A stretch of 59,374 nt of DNA, the filler included. It is 5 parts of 5 records of this genome, joined end to end, with 100 filler letters (N's around TTAATTAATTAA, not from the genome) between each part and the next. Parts side by side here need not be neighbours in the genome. Positions count along the whole stretch, not along the records: positions 23,984 to 53,749 come from SRR22947727_3936; 4 more parts are not named here. One strand, given 5' to 3'. Positions 27,861 through 38,588 of this stretch are shown here, piece after piece. Made by a program: the position numbers and the translations under genes. The notes under the pieces were generated by a model. It made no database searches, was not told the origin of the DNA, and worked only from the letters and a program-made list of their open reading frames with translations. How positions within the stretch are numbered: the first letter of the stretch is position 1; each line of letters begins with the position of its first letter.

Positions 27861-29666
27861 ATGGATGATCAGAATAAGAACCTTATATTGGCCTCAGCGC
27901 TTAGCTTTTTGGTCATTATCATCTGGTTCGTGCTCTTTCCTCCGCCCGAAGCCCCGCTGCAGCCGGAAACACCAGCCCTGAGCCAACAGGCCGATGCCAC
28001 GGACCTAACGCTGCCCGCGGGCGATGAACCGGTGCTCAATAGCAGCCCAACCGAGCTGACAACGGCAGAGACAGCGCCACGCATCGCGGTTGAAACGGAT
28101 CGCCTGAATGGCTCTATTTCATTAATAGGCGGGCGCATTGATGATTTGTCATTGCTGGATTACCGGGTTGATTTAAGTGAAGGCTCACCGGATGTGACCC
28201 TGCTAAGACCCGTTGATGAGCCTGGTGCCTATTATGCGGCCTTTGGATGGGCGGGCCTGTCTGGCCTACAGCCGGGCGATACGCCAACGCCAGAAACGCT
28301 TTGGGCCGTGGACGGCAACACCACATTGCGCGTCGATGCGCCGGTCACTTTGATCTGGGAAAGCCCCGCCGATCTGATCTTCCGCCGCATGATTTCGGTG
28401 GATGAAGACTATATGTTCACCATCCGCCAATCGGTTACGAGCCAAGCGTCACAACCGGTTCAACTGCGTCCCTATGGGTTGATCCGCCGCCATGGCGAGC
28501 CCACGGATTTGAAGAACTTTTTCATTTTGCATGAAGGTTTGGTACGGATGTCAGATGGAGAGCTGGCAGAGGAAAGCTATGATAATTTGCGCGATTATGA
28601 AATTGACCCGCGCGAGGGCACGCATGCGGAACGGATTGAAGTGGCGGCAAGCGGCTGGACAGGGTTTACCGATCATTTTTGGATGACCACGTTGGCGCCT
28701 GCGCCCGGATTGGCGTTCCGCTCAACCGCAAAATATTTTGCATCAGCCGATATATTCCAAACAGAGGTGGTTTTACCGCGCCAGTCATTGGCTCCAGGCG
28801 CCAGCGCCGAGGTAACCACTCAATTTTTTGCGGGTGCAAAAGAATGGGATGCGATCCGCGCCTATGAAAAAGCCGGCGTTGATGGCTTTCTCGACAGCAT
28901 TGATTGGGGTTGGTTTTTCTTTCTGACCAAACCGATTTTTGCGGTTTTGCATTGGCTGAACGCGTTAATAGGTAATATGGGATGGGCGATTATCGGGCTC
29001 ACATTGCTGATAAAAGCGCTGCTATTTCCCCTGGCTTATAAATCCTACGTCTCTATGGCCAAGATGAAAGAGCTACAGCCAGAAATGGAAAAGCTGAAAG
29101 AAGCGGCTGGTGATGACCGCCAGAAACTTCAGCAAGAAATGATGGCGCTCTACAAGAAAGAAAAGGTAAATCCCGCGTCAGGCTGCTTGCCAATCCTGTT
29201 GCAAATTCCAATTTTCTTTTCGCTTTATAAGGTGATTTTCGTCACCCTTGAATTGCGCCATGCCCCTTGGATCGGTTGGATCAAGGACCTGAGCGCGCCA
29301 GACCCATCCTCTATTTTGAACCTGTTTGGTTTGCTGCCCTTTACACCCCCCGATCCCAATTCGATATTGGCGATTATTTCTTTGGGTGTGCTACCCATCT
29401 TATTGGGTATTTCGATGTGGATTCAGCAAAAATTGAACCCGGCCCCCACCGATCCGACCCAAGCCATGATCTTTGCTTGGTTGCCTTGGGTGTTTATGTT
29501 CATGCTGGGCACGTTTGCGAGCGGGCTCGTTGTCTATTGGATCGCCAACAATACGATCACATTTACGCAACAATATCTGATCATGCGAAGTCAAGGCTAT
29601 AAGCCAGATGTCTTCGGCAATGTTATCGCCAGCTTCAAGAAAAAGTCCAAACCGAGCGGCAAATAA
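27861..29666 (+). CDS. yidC: Membrane protein insertase
   Basis: DWGWFFFLTKP, GNMGWAII, GCLPILLQIPIF. Start at MDDQNKN. Confidence 0.97.
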   Translation: MDDQNKNLILASALSFLVIIIWFVLFPPPEAPLQPETPALSQQADATDLTLPAGDEPVLNSSPTELTTAETAPRIAVETDRLNGSISLIGGRIDDLSLLDYRVDLSEGSPDVTLLRPVDEPGAYYAAFGWAGLSGLQPGDTPTPETLWAVDGNTTLRVDAPVTLIWESPADLIFRRMISVDEDYMFTIRQSVTSQASQPVQLRPYGLIRRHGEPTDLKNFFILHEGLVRMSDGELAEESYDNLRDYEIDPREGTHAERIEVAASGWTGFTDHFWMTTLAPAPGLAFRSTAKYFASADIFQTEVVLPRQSLAPGASAEVTTQFFAGAKEWDAIRAYEKAGVDGFLDSIDWGWFFFLTKPIFAVLHWLNALIGNMGWAIIGLTLLIKALLFPLAYKSYVSMAKMKELQPEMEKLKEAAGDDRQKLQQEMMALYKKEKVNPASGCLPILLQIPIFFSLYKVIFVTLELRHAPWIGWIKDLSAPDPSSILNLFGLLPFTPPDPNSILAIISLGVLPILLGISMWIQQKLNPAPTDPTQAMIFAWLPWVFMFMLGTFASGLVVYWIANNTITFTQQYLIMRSQGYKPDVFGNVIASFKKKSKPSGK

Positions 29667-30418
29667 TGGCGACAGTAACGCAAATATGGCGATATCCCAT
29701 CAAATCGCATGGGCGCGAAGCTTTGCAAGCCGTACCACTCAGCGCCGGGAAAACGCTGCCATGGGATCGCCATTGGGCGGTTGCGCATGAAAACTCAACG
29801 GCAGATGGCTCTGTCTGGGTACCATGTCAAAATTTTAGCCGAGGGGCAAAAGCGCCATTATTGATGGCCATAAACAGCCGCTGGGACGCGGATAGGGGGC
29901 AAATGCATATGCGCCATCCCGATTTGCCCGACCTGCAGTTCAACCCCGATGATGCGGACGATCAAAACCGGTTTTTAGAATGGTCAGCGCCGCTTATGCC
30001 CGAAAACCGAGCCAAATCAGCGCGCTTGATCCGCGCCGCAGAATGCGGGCTTACCGACACTGATTACCCCTCGGTCAGCATTGGCAATCTGTCATCGCAT
30101 CGCGCCGTTTCGCAAAAGCTTGGGCGCAATCTGTCTGCGCTGCGCTGGCGTACAAATATTTGGTTGGATGGTCTGGCCCCTTGGGAAGAATTTGATTGGA
30201 TTGGCCGCATTATTGAAATTGGCGAAGTTCAATTTGAAATCTGCGAACGGGTTCAGCGCTGTCTGGCCACCACCGCCAATCCTGAAACAGGCCGGCGTGA
30301 TGCAGATACGCTAGGCATATTGCAGACATGGGATCATCAAGATTTCTGCGTCTATGCCCACGTACTAAACACCGGCACGATCCATTTAAACGATAGCGCA
30401 AAAGCCCCAAACCGATGA
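29666..30418 (+). CDS. MOSC domain protein
   Basis: IWRYPIKS, WDRHWA, RWRTNI, RCLATTANPETG. Confidence 0.88.
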   Translation: MATVTQIWRYPIKSHGREALQAVPLSAGKTLPWDRHWAVAHENSTADGSVWVPCQNFSRGAKAPLLMAINSRWDADRGQMHMRHPDLPDLQFNPDDADDQNRFLEWSAPLMPENRAKSARLIRAAECGLTDTDYPSVSIGNLSSHRAVSQKLGRNLSALRWRTNIWLDGLAPWEEFDWIGRIIEIGEVQFEICERVQRCLATTANPETGRRDADTLGILQTWDHQDFCVYAHVLNTGTIHLNDSAKAPNR

Positions 30419-31065
30419 CAATGACCTTCCCTTTAGCCGAAGCACCCGACGCAGTCCTGCGCGAAAAAGGCCGCCTTTTATTCGCTCAGCAAACCGATTT
30501 TCTGAAAGGTGTTGTAGCGATAGATGGCTTGCCCGCCGATGATCGGATCGAAATTTGCTTTGCCGGCCGCTCAAATGTAGGTAAATCAACATTGATTAAC
30601 GCGCTGACCGGGCGCAAAGCACTGGCGCGCACCTCAAATACGCCCGGGCGCACCCAAGAGATCAACTTTTTCACCGCAGCTGGCAGCCATTATCTGGTCG
30701 ACTTGCCGGGATATGGCTATGCCAACGCGCCCTTACCGGTTGTGGAAAAATGGCAAAGATTGCTCAAAAAGTATTTATCAGGACGGCGTTCTTTGCGCCG
30801 TGCCTTCGTGTTGATTGATGCGCGCCACGGGGTAAAATCGGTGGATGAAGAGATTTTAAGCCTGCTCGACAGTGCCGCTGTTACCTTTCAATGCGTGCTG
30901 ACCAAAGCAGATAAAATAAAAACCCATGAGCAAGAGGCCTTGCTGCAGCAAGTGCGCGGCGCGCTGAGCAAACATCCGGCTGCCTATCCCGAACTTATAC
31001 TCACCTCTTCGGAAAAAGGTATGGGCGTCGAAACATTGCGCGCAACAATCGCAGGCCTCATCTAA
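30415..31065 (+). CDS. engB: Ribosome biogenesis GTPase YihA/EngB
   Basis: GRSNVGKS, DLPGYG, TKADK. Confidence 0.96.
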   Translation: MTMTFPLAEAPDAVLREKGRLLFAQQTDFLKGVVAIDGLPADDRIEICFAGRSNVGKSTLINALTGRKALARTSNTPGRTQEINFFTAAGSHYLVDLPGYGYANAPLPVVEKWQRLLKKYLSGRRSLRRAFVLIDARHGVKSVDEEILSLLDSAAVTFQCVLTKADKIKTHEQEALLQQVRGALSKHPAAYPELILTSSEKGMGVETLRATIAGLI

Positions 31066-31135
31066 GCCACGCGCGCGCAGGCTCTTGCACCTTTTGGAAC
31101 AATCTTAGAGACTGGTGCAATACAAGGTAAATAAG

Positions 31136-32005
31136 ATGAAAACACAAGATATGAACCGCGATTGGATCGCCACAGCCAGAACATTATCCGAAGCCCTGCC
31201 TTATCTGCAGCGCTATGATGACGCGATCGTGGTGATCAAACTTGGCGGCCATGCCATGGGCAGCGACGCGGCAATGGAAAGCTTCGCCCGCGACGTGGTG
31301 CTGATGCAGCAAGTTGGGATTAATCCGATCATCGTGCATGGCGGCGGGCCTATGATCAACACCATGCTGGATAAATTGAACATCCAGTCAGAGTTTGTAA
31401 ATGGCAAACGCGTCACAGATGATAAGGTCATCGAAGTGGTTGAGATGGTTTTATCGGGATCCGTAAACAAGCGCATCGTACAAGCAATCAACCAGCAAGG
31501 TGGGCGCGCCATTGGTTTGTCAGGCAAAGACAGCAATCTGATGCTCTGCACGCAGACAGACCCCGCGCTTGGGCTGGTTGGCACCCCCAGCAAAATTGAT
31601 CCAAGCGTTCTGAAAACGCTTTTTGACAATGACTTGATCCCAGTGATTGCGCCGCTTGGCGCTGGCGAAAAAGGCGAAACCTATAATGTGAATGGGGATA
31701 CCGCAGCCGGGGCGATCGCAGCCGCCTTGAAGGCAGATCGCCTTTTACTGCTCACAGATGTTGCGGGCGTTAAGGATGCAAACGGCAATGTTCTCACCGA
31801 ACTCACCGCCGCCCAAATTCGCCAAATGACGCAGGAGGGCGTGATCGCAGGTGGCATGATTCCCAAAACAGAAACAGCGCTTGCAGCCCTGAACGGCGGA
31901 GTGCGCGCTGTTGTTATCTTGGATGGGCGCGCACAAAATGCCTGCTTGCTCGAGCTGTTCACCGAACATGGCGCAGGCTCTCTTATTCGTGACGCGCTGC
32001 CTTGA
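31136..32005 (+). CDS. argB: Acetylglutamate kinase
   Basis: [27 protein letters not shown]. Confidence 0.96.
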   Translation: MKTQDMNRDWIATARTLSEALPYLQRYDDAIVVIKLGGHAMGSDAAMESFARDVVLMQQVGINPIIVHGGGPMINTMLDKLNIQSEFVNGKRVTDDKVIEVVEMVLSGSVNKRIVQAINQQGGRAIGLSGKDSNLMLCTQTDPALGLVGTPSKIDPSVLKTLFDNDLIPVIAPLGAGEKGETYNVNGDTAAGAIAAALKADRLLLLTDVAGVKDANGNVLTELTAAQIRQMTQEGVIAGGMIPKTETALAALNGGVRAVVILDGRAQNACLLELFTEHGAGSLIRDALP

Positions 32006-32078
32006 TAAAAACCGCGCCGCATAGGGCTGTGCGTCGTGTCAACTCAACAGACGCTCATGCGACAAGCGATACAAGCAG

Positions 32079-32747
32079 ATGAATCCTGCCCAAACCCCTG
32101 AGCGCTTTTTAGAAGTCACGCAGCTGGTGGATGCAACCGGTCTGATGGTTTTAGGCGGGCTGCACCCAGAAGAAACCGATCTGGTCCCCACAGGCTGTAA
32201 AACACTGATTTTGCTTGGCCCCAAAGATTAACATTTCTGGCCTATTTTTGCCAAAAGCCCGGAAAAGGCAGATGGTACACCAGACCCGCTTGACCGGTGG
32301 TCTGAAAGGGTTGTGTCCGATTTGGCAAAGAAGCTAAGCGCGCAGCCCGTCTTTCCATTCGGCGGGCCGCCTTACGCTCCTTTTTATTCATGGGCTTTGC
32401 GCTGCGGAAATATCTTTAGCTCGCCCATCCGCCTTTTGGTTCATCAACAAATGGGTTTATACGTTTCTTTTCGGGGCGCGCTTGCCCTACCATGGCATCT
32501 AGATCTGCCTCAGAGCGGGCCCTCGCCCTGCATCGGCTGTTCGGCCCCCTGCCAAAGCGCTTGCCCCGTCGAGGCTTTTGAAAACCGCGCTTATGATGTT
32601 GCAGGCTGCCGCGCTCATATCAACGGCCCAGACAGTTCAAGCTGCCGCTCGACGGGCTGCGCCGCGCGCCGGGCCTGCCCCATAAGCAAAAACGCGGCGC
32701 GCCCGCACGCGCAATCGGCATTTCACATGAAAACCTTTGAAAATTGA
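32079..32747 (+). pseudogene. Ferredoxin-like (4Fe-4S) protein interrupted by an in-frame TAA
   Basis: ATG 32079 ...LILLGPKD*HFWPIFAKSPE..DPLDRWS.. continues in frame into ORF 32313..32747 (CIGC..CQSACP, C..C..RRACP). TAA at 32229-32231. Confidence 0.7.
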
Positions 32748-33262
32748 GTAAGCGCCTAATTTTAATGCGCCATGCGCAATCCGATGATTTTGAACACTCT
32801 TGCGATTTTGAGCGTCCGTTAAGCGTCCGCGGACAGCAAGACGCCGCGCATATGCGACACTGGTTCCACGCGCAGGGCTACCACCCACAAAACGCTTTGG
32901 TATCAGCGGCAAAGCGTACTGCTGAAACCTATGACTTATTACAAATTGAAAATTGCCACGCCTTTCTTTCAAAAGCTCTTTATCTTGCCCCTGCAACGAC
33001 GCTACTGACTGCTCTGAAAAAGACCACAGGACCCTCAGTTCTGATGATTGGGCATAATTTTGGGATCTCAGATCTGGCCAACCGTTTGCGCAAAGACAGG
33101 TCGACAAACCCAGAGTTCAAAATCTTTCCACCCGGCGCGATCTGGGTAGCTGATCTGCCTATAGAGGATTGGCGCGCTCTCAATTGGGGCGCAGCCAGCT
33201 CAGTCAATTTTAAAAGTCCCCAAGGTGTACGCACGAAGCTGTCAAACGGCCCGCGTCGCTAA
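32744..33262 (+). CDS. SixA-like histidine phosphatase
   Basis: LILMRHAQS, RPLSVRG, S.A.RT.ET, IGHN. Confidence 0.88.
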   Translation: MSKRLILMRHAQSDDFEHSCDFERPLSVRGQQDAAHMRHWFHAQGYHPQNALVSAAKRTAETYDLLQIENCHAFLSKALYLAPATTLLTALKKTTGPSVLMIGHNFGISDLANRLRKDRSTNPEFKIFPPGAIWVADLPIEDWRALNWGAASSVNFKSPQGVRTKLSNGPRR

Positions 33263-33268
33263 CAGCCG

Positions 33269-34036
33269 TTAATGGCCTAAAATCTGGCTCAGGAACAATT
33301 TTGTCCGATCCGATTGCGGGTTTCCGAAAAACTCCTCGGGTTCGTTTTGTTCGACAATTTGCCCTTCATCCATGAAGATCACACGGTTGGCCACTTGCCG
33401 GGCAAAGCCCATCTCATGCGTGACGCAAATCATCGTCATGCCATCTTCGGCCAAGGCAATCATCGTGTCTAACACCTCTTTGATCATTTCTGGATCAAGC
33501 GCCGATGTCGGTTCATCAAAGAGCATAATACGCGGCTTCATGCAGAGCGATCGCGCGATGGCCACCCGTTGCTGCTGCCCGCCGGATAATTGACCCGGAT
33601 ATTTATCTGCTTGTTCTGGAATTTTCACCTTTTCCAGAAAATGCATGGCGGTTTCTTCCGCCTCTTTTTTGGGTGTTTTACGCACCCAAATCGGCGCAAG
33701 CGTGCAGTTTTCTAAAATCGTTAAATGGGGGAATAAGTTGAAATGCTGGAAACACATGCCCACTTCAGACCGAATTTTATCAATATTCTTAAGATCGGAA
33801 GACAGCATTGTACCATCAACCGTGATCTTGCCCTGCTGATGTTCTTCTAAAGCGTTGATACAGCGGATCAACGTCGATTTTCCTGATCCCGACGGACCGC
33901 AGACCACAATCCGCTCGCCCCGATTCACCGTTAGATTGATATCGCGTAGTACGTGAAACGCACCATACCATTTATTCATGCTCTGAATGTCGATCGCGAC
34001 TTCGTCCGAGACGGTCAATTTTGCAGGTTGTGTCAT
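33269..34036 (-). CDS. bztD: Amino acid ABC transporter ATPase (AapP/BztD)
   Basis: [24 protein letters not shown]. Confidence 0.92.
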   Translation of the reverse strand: MTQPAKLTVSDEVAIDIQSMNKWYGAFHVLRDINLTVNRGERIVVCGPSGSGKSTLIRCINALEEHQQGKITVDGTMLSSDLKNIDKIRSEVGMCFQHFNLFPHLTILENCTLAPIWVRKTPKKEAEETAMHFLEKVKIPEQADKYPGQLSGGQQQRVAIARSLCMKPRIMLFDEPTSALDPEMIKEVLDTMIALAEDGMTMICVTHEMGFARQVANRVIFMDEGQIVEQNEPEEFFGNPQSDRTKLFLSQILGH

Positions 34037-34048
34037 AAAAGCTACCTT

Positions 34049-35335
34049 TTAACGGTGATCGGTTGCGAGCTGTCGCTCGAGCCATTGTGAATATTGCGAG
34101 ATACCATAGCAAACGATGAAAAACAAAACTGCCGCGAAACCAAGCAGCTCCCAATAAATCCCATTCCACTCAGTGGAAGCAAGGATGGGGCCACGGATCA
34201 TTCCGACCAAATCAAACATCGAAATAATCGAGACCAAAGTGGTGTCTTTGAACAGCCCAACGGCAACATTTACAATTCCAGGAATAGAGATCTTTAAAGC
34301 TTGCGGAAGAATAATAAGACGCATCGACTGCGCATAATCCAGGCCCAAACTGCCCGCTGCCTCATATTGCCCCGCTGGTAAAGCGGCTAACCCGCCCCGA
34401 ATAACTTCAGCAATATAGGCCGCCGAAAACAGCGTGATCATAATAATAACTCGCAAGATCAAATCAAAATTGGTTCCCGGCGGCAGAAAATACGCTAGAA
34501 CAACATTGGCCACAAATAACAATGTAATCAGCGGAACGCCTCGAATAAATTCAATGAACACAACACAAATGGTCCGAATAACAGGCAAATTTGACTGCCG
34601 GCCCAAGGCGAGCAAAATCCCCAACGGAACCGATAAAGACACGCAAACGGTTCCTAGAATGATATTCAACATAAATCCGCCCATGTGGCGACTGGGCACT
34701 TCTTCAAGCGCGATGAAATTGCTGAGCGGGGCGCTCAGATAACCGCCCAAATACCAAATGAGTAGCGCCGTGACTGTTGCTGCGAAAAATCCCACCGCAA
34801 ATTTTTGTTTAGCCGTAGCTTGAAAAACCTTATAGCCACCGACAAATCCAAGTAGTCCGACAAGGGGCACAACCACAGTTCCCCCCCAGATCAACCAATA
34901 GGCCAAAAACGGATAAATTACTGTTAAAAGCAGCATCTTACGTGGCAGTTTTGAAAACAGCACAGGCGCGATCGAAATCAATAGCAAGATAAAACTTAAA
35001 CCAGGGCGCCAATATTGTTCGCTTGGATATTTAAATCCAAAAATTAGCTGATGCCACCGCTCGGTCAATACAGAAAAACACCCCCCCCGCTTTCCATCCA
35101 GCACCGCATAACATTCTGCTATAGAAGAGGTGTTCCAAACGCCATTCATCATCCAAGGAATAAAACCAGAGGCAATTTTGTAAATGAAATACAGCGCCAG
35201 CAATGTGAGTATTGCATTAAACAGGGATGAAAACAGGTTCTCGCGCAACCACTTCACCAAACCCGTTTGGCTTGCGGGTGGCGGTGATGGTGAGAGAGGC
35301 GTGTGGCGGACAAAGGCTGTGACTTGCTTGGTCAT
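34049..35335 (-). CDS. bztC: Amino acid ABC transporter permease (AapM/BztC)
   Basis: RGVPLI, AEVIRGG..GQYEAA EAA loop. Confidence 0.9.
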   Translation of the reverse strand: MTKQVTAFVRHTPLSPSPPPASQTGLVKWLRENLFSSLFNAILTLLALYFIYKIASGFIPWMMNGVWNTSSIAECYAVLDGKRGGCFSVLTERWHQLIFGFKYPSEQYWRPGLSFILLLISIAPVLFSKLPRKMLLLTVIYPFLAYWLIWGGTVVVPLVGLLGFVGGYKVFQATAKQKFAVGFFAATVTALLIWYLGGYLSAPLSNFIALEEVPSRHMGGFMLNIILGTVCVSLSVPLGILLALGRQSNLPVIRTICVVFIEFIRGVPLITLLFVANVVLAYFLPPGTNFDLILRVIIMITLFSAAYIAEVIRGGLAALPAGQYEAAGSLGLDYAQSMRLIILPQALKISIPGIVNVAVGLFKDTTLVSIISMFDLVGMIRGPILASTEWNGIYWELLGFAAVLFFIVCYGISQYSQWLERQLATDHR

Positions 35336-35336
35336 C

Positions 35337-36551
35337 TTATCGCCCCTTCAACTTAATCGAATTGTTATAGACATTCATAATCGCTGAAATACCCAGCGAG
35401 ATCGTCAAATAAAACGCCATTAATAGTAAAATTGTTTCTATGGCGCGCCCTGTTTGGTTCAACGTAATACCGCCCAAAGTACCAGTAACATCCATATACC
35501 CCACGGCAATTGCCAGCGATGAGTTTTTGGTCAGGTTCAAATAATTTGAAATCAACGGCGGAATAATTACGCGCAGAGCTTGCGGCAGGATCACGAGGTT
35601 CATAATCCGCCCCGGTCTCAAACCAAGCGAGGCGGCTGCTTCGCTTTGGCCTTTTGACACCGCTTGAATGCCCGCCCTTACGTTTTCGGCAATAAATGCG
35701 CCGGTATAAATCGATAACGCGAACCAAAGTGATAATAAGGATCCACGCGCCCAGATACCGCCTTTGAAATTAAACCCTTTCAATGCCGGGTATTCTAAAC
35801 CAATCGGGTTTCCTAACAGAAAAAACATCGCCAGCGTTGGCACAAATAAAATAGCTAAGCTCGGCCAAAGCACGGGTAGAATAACCCCATGATCAAACAA
35901 AGTTTTGCGCGCGTATCTGCGATAAAAAAGAACCGCAATAAGCGATAAGATGAATGCAACAATTACTATCCAGCCTCCATCATATAAAACCGGCTTAGGC
36001 ATATAGATCCCACGCCCCGTGAAGGCAAATGCATCAAACAGCATTGTCGCTTCTGGATTTTCACCGCGGAATGCACGCGGTTGCGGTAATGCTGCCAGAA
36101 AAACCGCATTAATTATCAAAATCCAGATTAGTACGGGAACATTCCGAAAGATCTCAACATAGACCGCCATAATTTTAGCCACGATCCAATTATTAGAAAG
36201 GCGCAAAATACCGGCAAACACACCAAAAATAGTAGCCATTAAACATCCAAGAAATGCGACCAGTAAAGTATTCAAAACACCAACCACGGATGCCCGCCAA
36301 TGCGTCGATTGACTATTATATTCGATCAAACGCTGGTTAATGTCGTAGCCCGCCGGCTCGCCCAAGAAACTATAGGAAATATTCAACCCAGCCGCAGCCA
36401 AGTTCTGCATCAAGTTCCATCCCAGAAACGCCATCAAGCAAATCAGCACCATCAACGCAAGAAATTGAAAAGTATATGACCGATAACGCTTGTCGTTTAT
36501 CAGCATTGATAGACGGAATTCGGACACGTCCGCTTGGGCAGAAAGTGACAT
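35337..36551 (-). CDS. bztB: Amino acid ABC transporter permease (AapQ/BztB)
   Basis: FRNVP, AENVRAGI..GQSEAA, KNSSLA. Confidence 0.9.
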   Translation of the reverse strand: MSLSAQADVSEFRLSMLINDKRYRSYTFQFLALMVLICLMAFLGWNLMQNLAAAGLNISYSFLGEPAGYDINQRLIEYNSQSTHWRASVVGVLNTLLVAFLGCLMATIFGVFAGILRLSNNWIVAKIMAVYVEIFRNVPVLIWILIINAVFLAALPQPRAFRGENPEATMLFDAFAFTGRGIYMPKPVLYDGGWIVIVAFILSLIAVLFYRRYARKTLFDHGVILPVLWPSLAILFVPTLAMFFLLGNPIGLEYPALKGFNFKGGIWARGSLLSLWFALSIYTGAFIAENVRAGIQAVSKGQSEAAASLGLRPGRIMNLVILPQALRVIIPPLISNYLNLTKNSSLAIAVGYMDVTGTLGGITLNQTGRAIETILLLMAFYLTISLGISAIMNVYNNSIKLKGR

Positions 36552-36618
36552 AAAGGAGGTTCCAGACTTTTTCTAAAATAACGGCGCTTATCTCGCGCAA
36601 TTTTGGAAATAAATCAAT

Positions 36619-36652
36619 AAAAAAAGGGCGCTACAAAAAGCGCCCTTTTTTA
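36619..36652 (-). terminator. Stem-loop between bztA and bztB
   Basis: AAAAAAGGGCGCT-ACAAAA-AGCGCCCTTTTTT perfect inverted repeat. Confidence 0.75.
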
Positions 36653-36660
36653 TCTTTAAC

Positions 36661-37677
36661 TTAACGGAAAGGTGGTGAGTAGATCAAACCACCATCTGTC
36701 CACTTGCTGTTAAGTCCACGTGCTAAGCCAATGATAGTTGCAGCACCGATGTTGTTTTCAAACACTTCACCATAATTGCCGCCTACCATGATCGCCCGGT
36801 GAGCCCACTCAGCATCCAGACCCAACATTTCGCCCAGATTGCCTTCTGTACCCAACAGACGATTTATTTCTGGATTATTTGTACCAGCAGCCATTTCTGA
36901 CATGTTGGCAGTTGTTACTCCCAACTCCTCGGCTGTAATCAACGCATTTAAAGTCCAGCGTACGATATCACCCCAGTTGTTATCGCCGTGGCGAACAAGA
37001 GGGCCCAAAGGCTCTTTTGAAATGATTTCTGGCAGAACCATGTGGTCGCCAGGTGCTTCAAAGTTGGCCCGGTTAGCCGCCAAAGCAGACGCGTCTGTTG
37101 TGTAAACATCACATGCACCGGCAAGGTACTGAGCGATCGCTTCTGAACCCGTCTCAATCGGCACAGGCTCGTAGCTCATGCTGTTTGAACGGAAGAAATC
37201 TGCCAAGTTCAATTCAGTGGTTGTGCCAGTTTGAATGCAGACTGTCGCTCCATCAAGCTCAGTTGCAGAAGCAACGCCCAGCGCTTTTGGAACCATAAAG
37301 CCTTGACCATCATAGTAGTTAACGCCTGTAAATTCAAACTTCAGATCCACATCGCGGCTGAATGTCCACGTTGTGTTCCGCGCCAGCATATCGATCTCGC
37401 CAGAGGCTAAGGCTGTAAAACGTGTCTTACCCGTTGTTGGAACAAACTCAACAGCATTGCCATCACCCAAAACAGCCGCGGCAACTGCGCGGCAAACTGC
37501 TACATCGAAACCCTGCCAAACACCATCGGCATCGGGCTGTGCAAAACCAGGTACACCTGTTGATACACCACAATTTAAAGTACCACGTGCTTTCACGTCA
37601 TCCGCTGTGCCAGCAAATACGCTGCCAGCAGACATCGCTGCTAGGGTAACTGCGCCTAAAACTAAGGATTTTTTCAT
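36661..37677 (-). CDS. bztA: Amino acid ABC transporter substrate-binding protein (AapJ/BztA)
   Basis: Signal peptide, RNTTWT.SRD, YYDGQGF, EIISKEPLGP, GGLIYSPPFR. Confidence 0.93.
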   Translation of the reverse strand: MKKSLVLGAVTLAAMSAGSVFAGTADDVKARGTLNCGVSTGVPGFAQPDADGVWQGFDVAVCRAVAAAVLGDGNAVEFVPTTGKTRFTALASGEIDMLARNTTWTFSRDVDLKFEFTGVNYYDGQGFMVPKALGVASATELDGATVCIQTGTTTELNLADFFRSNSMSYEPVPIETGSEAIAQYLAGACDVYTTDASALAANRANFEAPGDHMVLPEIISKEPLGPLVRHGDNNWGDIVRWTLNALITAEELGVTTANMSEMAAGTNNPEINRLLGTEGNLGEMLGLDAEWAHRAIMVGGNYGEVFENNIGAATIIGLARGLNSKWTDGGLIYSPPFR

Positions 37678-37877
37678 CTTTACCTCTTTCTGATGGTTGT
37701 CCCAAACTGGGACTTCTGATTAGAACGATCTGTCTAACCTAACAAACTAACCTGCGCCAAAGGCCCAAGTGATACCGCAGTGTGACCAATTTTTTACATT
37801 ATCGTCAAGCAATCTATCACCAAAACCATGATTTGAATTGGCTGAAAGCTCTATCACCCACTGGTGCAACCCACTTT

Positions 37878-38585
37878 TCAACCACAGCGTGTAAAAAAAT
37901 CATATGCAGCGAGAAAATCTGACTTTTTCAGCGCGGCATGCGCCGCAGCCTCCTCATCGATTCCCCATTGTTCTTCCTGCCAAATTTCATCAAGCCGGCA
38001 TAATTCCCACGCTTGCTCAGGCTTAAGATGACCTTCTATAACCGCCAAAGCCGCAACCAAACTGCCGGGAAATGTAACCAGATCATGAAAAGCGGTTAAC
38101 TGAAACGCTGAAAGGCGCTGCATCGGCGCTGCCAAGTTCAAAACGGACTCTGCCGCTTGCGTCAGATAGGTCACCCCCGATGTACTGTGTAAAATCGCAC
38201 CATATGTTTGCCCTGCCCACTCTAGCAATGGATCCCATGCCTCCGCTTGTCGCGCGTTTAGCTCGGCCGGCTGCGCCGCGCGATAGCAGAGTAAATCGGT
38301 TTCACCATAAGCCGCCAACATGTTCAAAACATCTTGGAATTGGCGCGTCACCTTATCCAAAGCGGCATTGGCGCGGCGGGTATAGGGCATGGTTTCAGGG
38401 CGAACAGTTTCAACCTGCGCGCGCCACTCTGCGGCAACCGCCTCAGCCAAAGCCTTCGTGGGCAACGCCAAAAGCGTTTTTGCCGGAGTTTTTACCAAGC
38501 GGCCATCGAGCAAGACCGTATAGCCAAGCTCTTGTTGCGCAATTTCAACTTGCGTCCAGAATCGTTTTTGCTGCCAATCAGCCAT
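37878..38585 (-). CDS. ATP12 family chaperone
   Basis: KRFW, LDGRLVKTP, TDLLCYRA, DEIWQEEQWG.D. Confidence 0.92.
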   Translation of the reverse strand: MADWQQKRFWTQVEIAQQELGYTVLLDGRLVKTPAKTLLALPTKALAEAVAAEWRAQVETVRPETMPYTRRANAALDKVTRQFQDVLNMLAAYGETDLLCYRAAQPAELNARQAEAWDPLLEWAGQTYGAILHSTSGVTYLTQAAESVLNLAAPMQRLSAFQLTAFHDLVTFPGSLVAALAVIEGHLKPEQAWELCRLDEIWQEEQWGIDEEAAAHAALKKSDFLAAYDFFTRCG

Positions 38586-38588
38586 GAC

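Noticed and set aside
32229-32231. Recoding (Sec/Pyl) in the ferredoxin-like gene
   Set aside because: The codon is TAA and is not at a Cys-motif position.
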